Positions 61,276 through 64,000 of a DNA stretch of 64,000 bases are shown here, one piece after another. Position 1 is the first letter of the stretch. Every line of letters starts with the position of its first letter. The notes under the pieces are model-generated. The model was not told where the DNA came from. It did no database searches and saw only the letters and a program-made list of their open reading frames with translations. Position numbers and translations under genes: made by a program. The DNA is from a virus. Lineage: Duplodnaviria; Heunggongvirae; Uroviricota; Caudoviricetes. The DNA lies in IMG/VR virus record IMGVR_UViG_3300042691_025398, positions 55,814 to 119,813 of that record. One strand, given 5' to 3'.

Positions 61276-61537
61276 GTAGAATGTTGCTAGACATTTGTCG
61301 ATCTACTCGGACCCTCCACGATCACTATTCTCATTCGCACGGGTATATCCAAACTGGAGCCATGATGTTAGCCCGCCCATGACAATACATGGGTGTTGTT
61401 TGGATAAGGGCGATGTCGTGTAAGTCTTCATAGCGTCTATTGTATGCTTTTATTTATACCAGGTCAATGTAAATTTTGAATTATTCAACAGCAATTTTGC
61501 CAAAATATCTTAATAAGTTTGCAACTCAGTTGTGATT

Positions 61538-61921
61538 TCAATAACTTTTTGGCAAATGGTCTACATAGTTATTAAAATTACCAAACAAGGCCATCATCAT
61601 GGCTTCTTTGCTGCCAAAAAAAGTAATACGATTCTTTCGATCAATGTGATAGGGCCATGTGTGTCCTCGATCCAAGCGTAACAGTGCACCACGAGAAATC
61701 TGCTGTTTTCTTGGAATTTCAAATTCATGACATTCTAGTTCAGCCAAATCGCGGAACACATGCAGACCTTGGTCAGTTAAAGCCAAGCCGCCTTGCGTTC
61801 TTAAATTACGCCACCAGGTTTGCATGGCTGTGTCAAAACTACACCGCTGACTATCTGGCAGTAGTTCTAGAATCTTTTTTGTGATTTCAGCTTTGCGATT
61901 CACTGGGATAGACCTGATCAC
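61538..61921 (-). CDS. Hypothetical protein
   Basis: 127 aa. Confidence 0.3.
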   Translation of the reverse strand: MIRSIPVNRKAEITKKILELLPDSQRCSFDTAMQTWWRNLRTQGGLALTDQGLHVFRDLAELECHEFEIPRKQQISRGALLRLDRGHTWPYHIDRKNRITFFGSKEAMMMALFGNFNNYVDHLPKSY

Positions 61922-62189
61922 CAGCTTGCAGTAGGACTACCGTGAATTTGTTTGTTTTGAATTGTGTGTTGAGCTTTTTGGCTAGATTTATCGCATGTCC
62001 AGGATTGCTAAAGCTGACTTTTTTGTACTTGGGACCTGGGAACTGCTGCAACATGTTGGAAGTTTTTAGATTGATAGGAGCGCCATCAAAGAACACTGCC
62101 CAGATCCCTTCACTGGCCAACACCTGCTCTGTGCGATAGGTTACTTTATCAGTGAGTTCTACTAGAATTTTTGGCTTTGGTCTTGACAC
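61887..62189 (-). CDS. Hypothetical protein
   Basis: 100 aa. Confidence 0.3.
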   Translation of the reverse strand: MSRPKPKILVELTDKVTYRTEQVLASEGIWAVFFDGAPINLKTSNMLQQFPGPKYKKVSFSNPGHAINLAKKLNTQFKTNKFTVVLLQAGDQVYPSESQS

Positions 62190-62235
62190 AGCTTCTCCTT
62201 GCTTCTATCAAATATTTATGCCAAAAACCATGTAG

Positions 62236-62436
62236 TTATTTAAAGTTGCCGCCTGTGAATTCCAGCTCTATTACCTGTGCGTCCTGTGCTTGAGCTTGCT
62301 GCAAGTCCTGTAACTGCATGAGCAGCTTGGTGATTTCAGCGTGTAGATCTCGAGCATCCTGCAAAGGCATCACAAAGTCTTTGGCTGCCCGCAGTTCATG
62401 AGCTTTTAGTCTATCCACAAATCTATTGATATGCAT
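62236..62436 (-). CDS. Hypothetical small protein
   Basis: 66 aa. Confidence 0.25.
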   Translation of the reverse strand: MHINRFVDRLKAHELRAAKDFVMPLQDARDLHAEITKLLMQLQDLQQAQAQDAQVIELEFTGGNFK

Positions 62437-62438
62437 GC

Positions 62439-62873
62439 TTATTCCGCTTCCTGTTGATTATGAAATGGTCCTTGATACGGATATCTTTGTAAAGTGATCA
62501 GCTTGGGGTTCCGCATCACTCGCCACTGTTTGTTCTGTTGCACACGATACCATCCAGCTGCATACCAACTCTTGCTTTTACGAGTCTTGGTAAACAGCGG
62601 CAACTGACGTCTTACTTCATAGATACCGTTGTATGCGGCACAGCCGGTGTCAAACCCATGCACTTGATTTGAGGGTTTTCGATTGGTCTTGAGAGCTGGT
62701 TCAAAGTCAATGCCCACACGTTGTTTGATCATGCGTACATTTTTAAAACTTTCCACTTGGCCACCAATGGTCACAGCAAATCCTGCGTCAGTGGCCTGAA
62801 TGTTTCCTACTTTTTGATCATCTTGTTTGAGAATCCAAAAACGATCAGGTATTACAGGTTTGGCTACTATCAT
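62439..62873 (-). CDS. Hypothetical protein
   Basis: 144 aa. Confidence 0.3.
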   Translation of the reverse strand: MIVAKPVIPDRFWILKQDDQKVGNIQATDAGFAVTIGGQVESFKNVRMIKQRVGIDFEPALKTNRKPSNQVHGFDTGCAAYNGIYEVRRQLPLFTKTRKSKSWYAAGWYRVQQNKQWRVMRNPKLITLQRYPYQGPFHNQQEAE

Positions 62874-63867
62874 TCAATACTCCTTGATAAACGGTGTTCA
62901 ACCAGTTGGCATATTGATCTGCCTGATCACTGATTTTTTGCAAGTCAAATTTGCCACAAAAACGCATGAAGCGGACACCAACTTGACCAATGTCCTTGTG
63001 TGCTACTTGTTCTTTAATAGCAGTGTCCACTTTGTGTTTGATATCGTCTGGTTGTGCGTTTAGATCAATCAAGTGACGATTTCGATTATAATCATCAAGC
63101 ACCCGGTGTTCAGCACCATTATGATCAGTCCAACGCTGCAACATCAGGTTGTTCCACGCATAACCACGATTGTGTCTGTCTTCAAACGCTTCAGTAAGTC
63201 CCACTTTGTTTTTAGTACCCTTGGTACGCACACCCGGATATGCAGAAAACACATTGTCAGATGCATCACCTCGCATGCATTTTTCAAACAGCAACCATTC
63301 TGGGTCAGGGATTAGTTTGGGTTCTTTGGTTTTTTTATCAACTACTTCGCGCCCGCGAGCATCAAAAATACCTTCTAGCGTGATAAGTTCATCTTGGATA
63401 CCGTTGAATTGATTTACATTGGTTGCAATCAACTGTACAAAATCAGTGTCACTGCTCACAATAGTATGATGATCGCCAGGATGTAAATGTATCCATCTAG
63501 CAATGATATCATCAGCTTCGGCTTCTGGATGACGTATTACCGAGCAGTTTGTGCCCTGCTCCAAGTATTTAGTAAACTGATCATATGTGTCCCAGAACAA
63601 GCGATCTTCTTCTTGTTCTGCTTCAGTCAAAGCAGCTCTGGACGCAGCACGATTGGCTTTGTAGGGTTTGTAAAAGTCCTTGCGCCATGAACGTCCTTCC
63701 AGTGCGAAAATCACATGGTCAGCTGAGAATTTACGAGCAACCTTGTTGATCGCGCTAAGAGTGATGTGTAGGGCATAGCCCACTTTTTCATCAGCTGAAC
63801 TTGCACGGTGGGCTACGTGTCTAGCCCGGAAAAACATATTCGCGGTATCAATCAAAAGATAGTGCAT
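62845..63867 (-). CDS. rnh: 5'-3' exonuclease / flap endonuclease (T4 RNase H-like, FEN family)
   Basis: N-terminal MHYLLIDTANMFFRARH matches the LLxDGxxxxxRAxxA start of 53EXO/FEN nucleases. Acidic clusters (DTDF, EADD) are consistent with metal-binding sites. Confidence 0.7.
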   Translation of the reverse strand: MHYLLIDTANMFFRARHVAHRASSADEKVGYALHITLSAINKVARKFSADHVIFALEGRSWRKDFYKPYKANRAASRAALTEAEQEEDRLFWDTYDQFTKYLEQGTNCSVIRHPEAEADDIIARWIHLHPGDHHTIVSSDTDFVQLIATNVNQFNGIQDELITLEGIFDARGREVVDKKTKEPKLIPDPEWLLFEKCMRGDASDNVFSAYPGVRTKGTKNKVGLTEAFEDRHNRGYAWNNLMLQRWTDHNGAEHRVLDDYNRNRHLIDLNAQPDDIKHKVDTAIKEQVAHKDIGQVGVRFMRFCGKFDLQKISDQADQYANWLNTVYQGVLNDSSQTCNT

Positions 63868-64000
63868 GATTCACCTAGATGTTGTGAGAGTGAATGTATT
63901 GTAGCACAAAGTTCGCCCAAAAGCAATGGGCTTCGGCACCAAAATGCCAACTGTGATTGTTAACAGTTTTGTAACCATTTTCACGCAGCACTGAATCATA

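Overview
This window looks like part of a large lytic myovirus genome: a T4-like RNase H/FEN gene, tail-fibre-like structural genes and about 27 tRNAs. AT content is about 60%, and the host is probably marine (cyanobacterial or alphaproteobacterial). Four blocks stand out. (1) 47-6640: large structural and tail-fibre-like proteins. (2) About 7000-29600: a glycan/amino-sugar biosynthesis island. It contains six tandem, translationally coupled radical-SAM paralogs and three GT10-like (fucosyltransferase-motif) paralogs. It also has a carbamoyltransferase, two amidinotransferase (StrB/GATM-fold) paralogs, an NAD epimerase, a DegT aminotransferase, a PIG-L deacetylase and an SGNH-like hydrolase. 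(3) 29575-53322: auxiliary and host-takeover genes. These are ThyX, SPFH, CobS/CobT-like AAA+/VWA, S-adenosylhomocysteine hydrolase, GroEL/GroES, PstS plus a phosphate-type porin, GT1, phosphoesterases, a B12-binding radical SAM plus methyltransferase, and a CX5R phosphatase. A circularly permuted (two-piece) tmRNA sits in this block at about 46966-47290. (4) 53575-60560: a minus-strand tRNA array with the CCA ends encoded, an ArfB-like GGQ peptidyl-tRNA hydrolase, GC-rich structured spacers and four copies of a long-stem hairpin element. The window ends with small ORFs and the T4 rnh-like 5'-3' exonuclease. Every call comes from reading motifs in the translated ORFs and RNA secondary-structure logic by eye. 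No database search was run.
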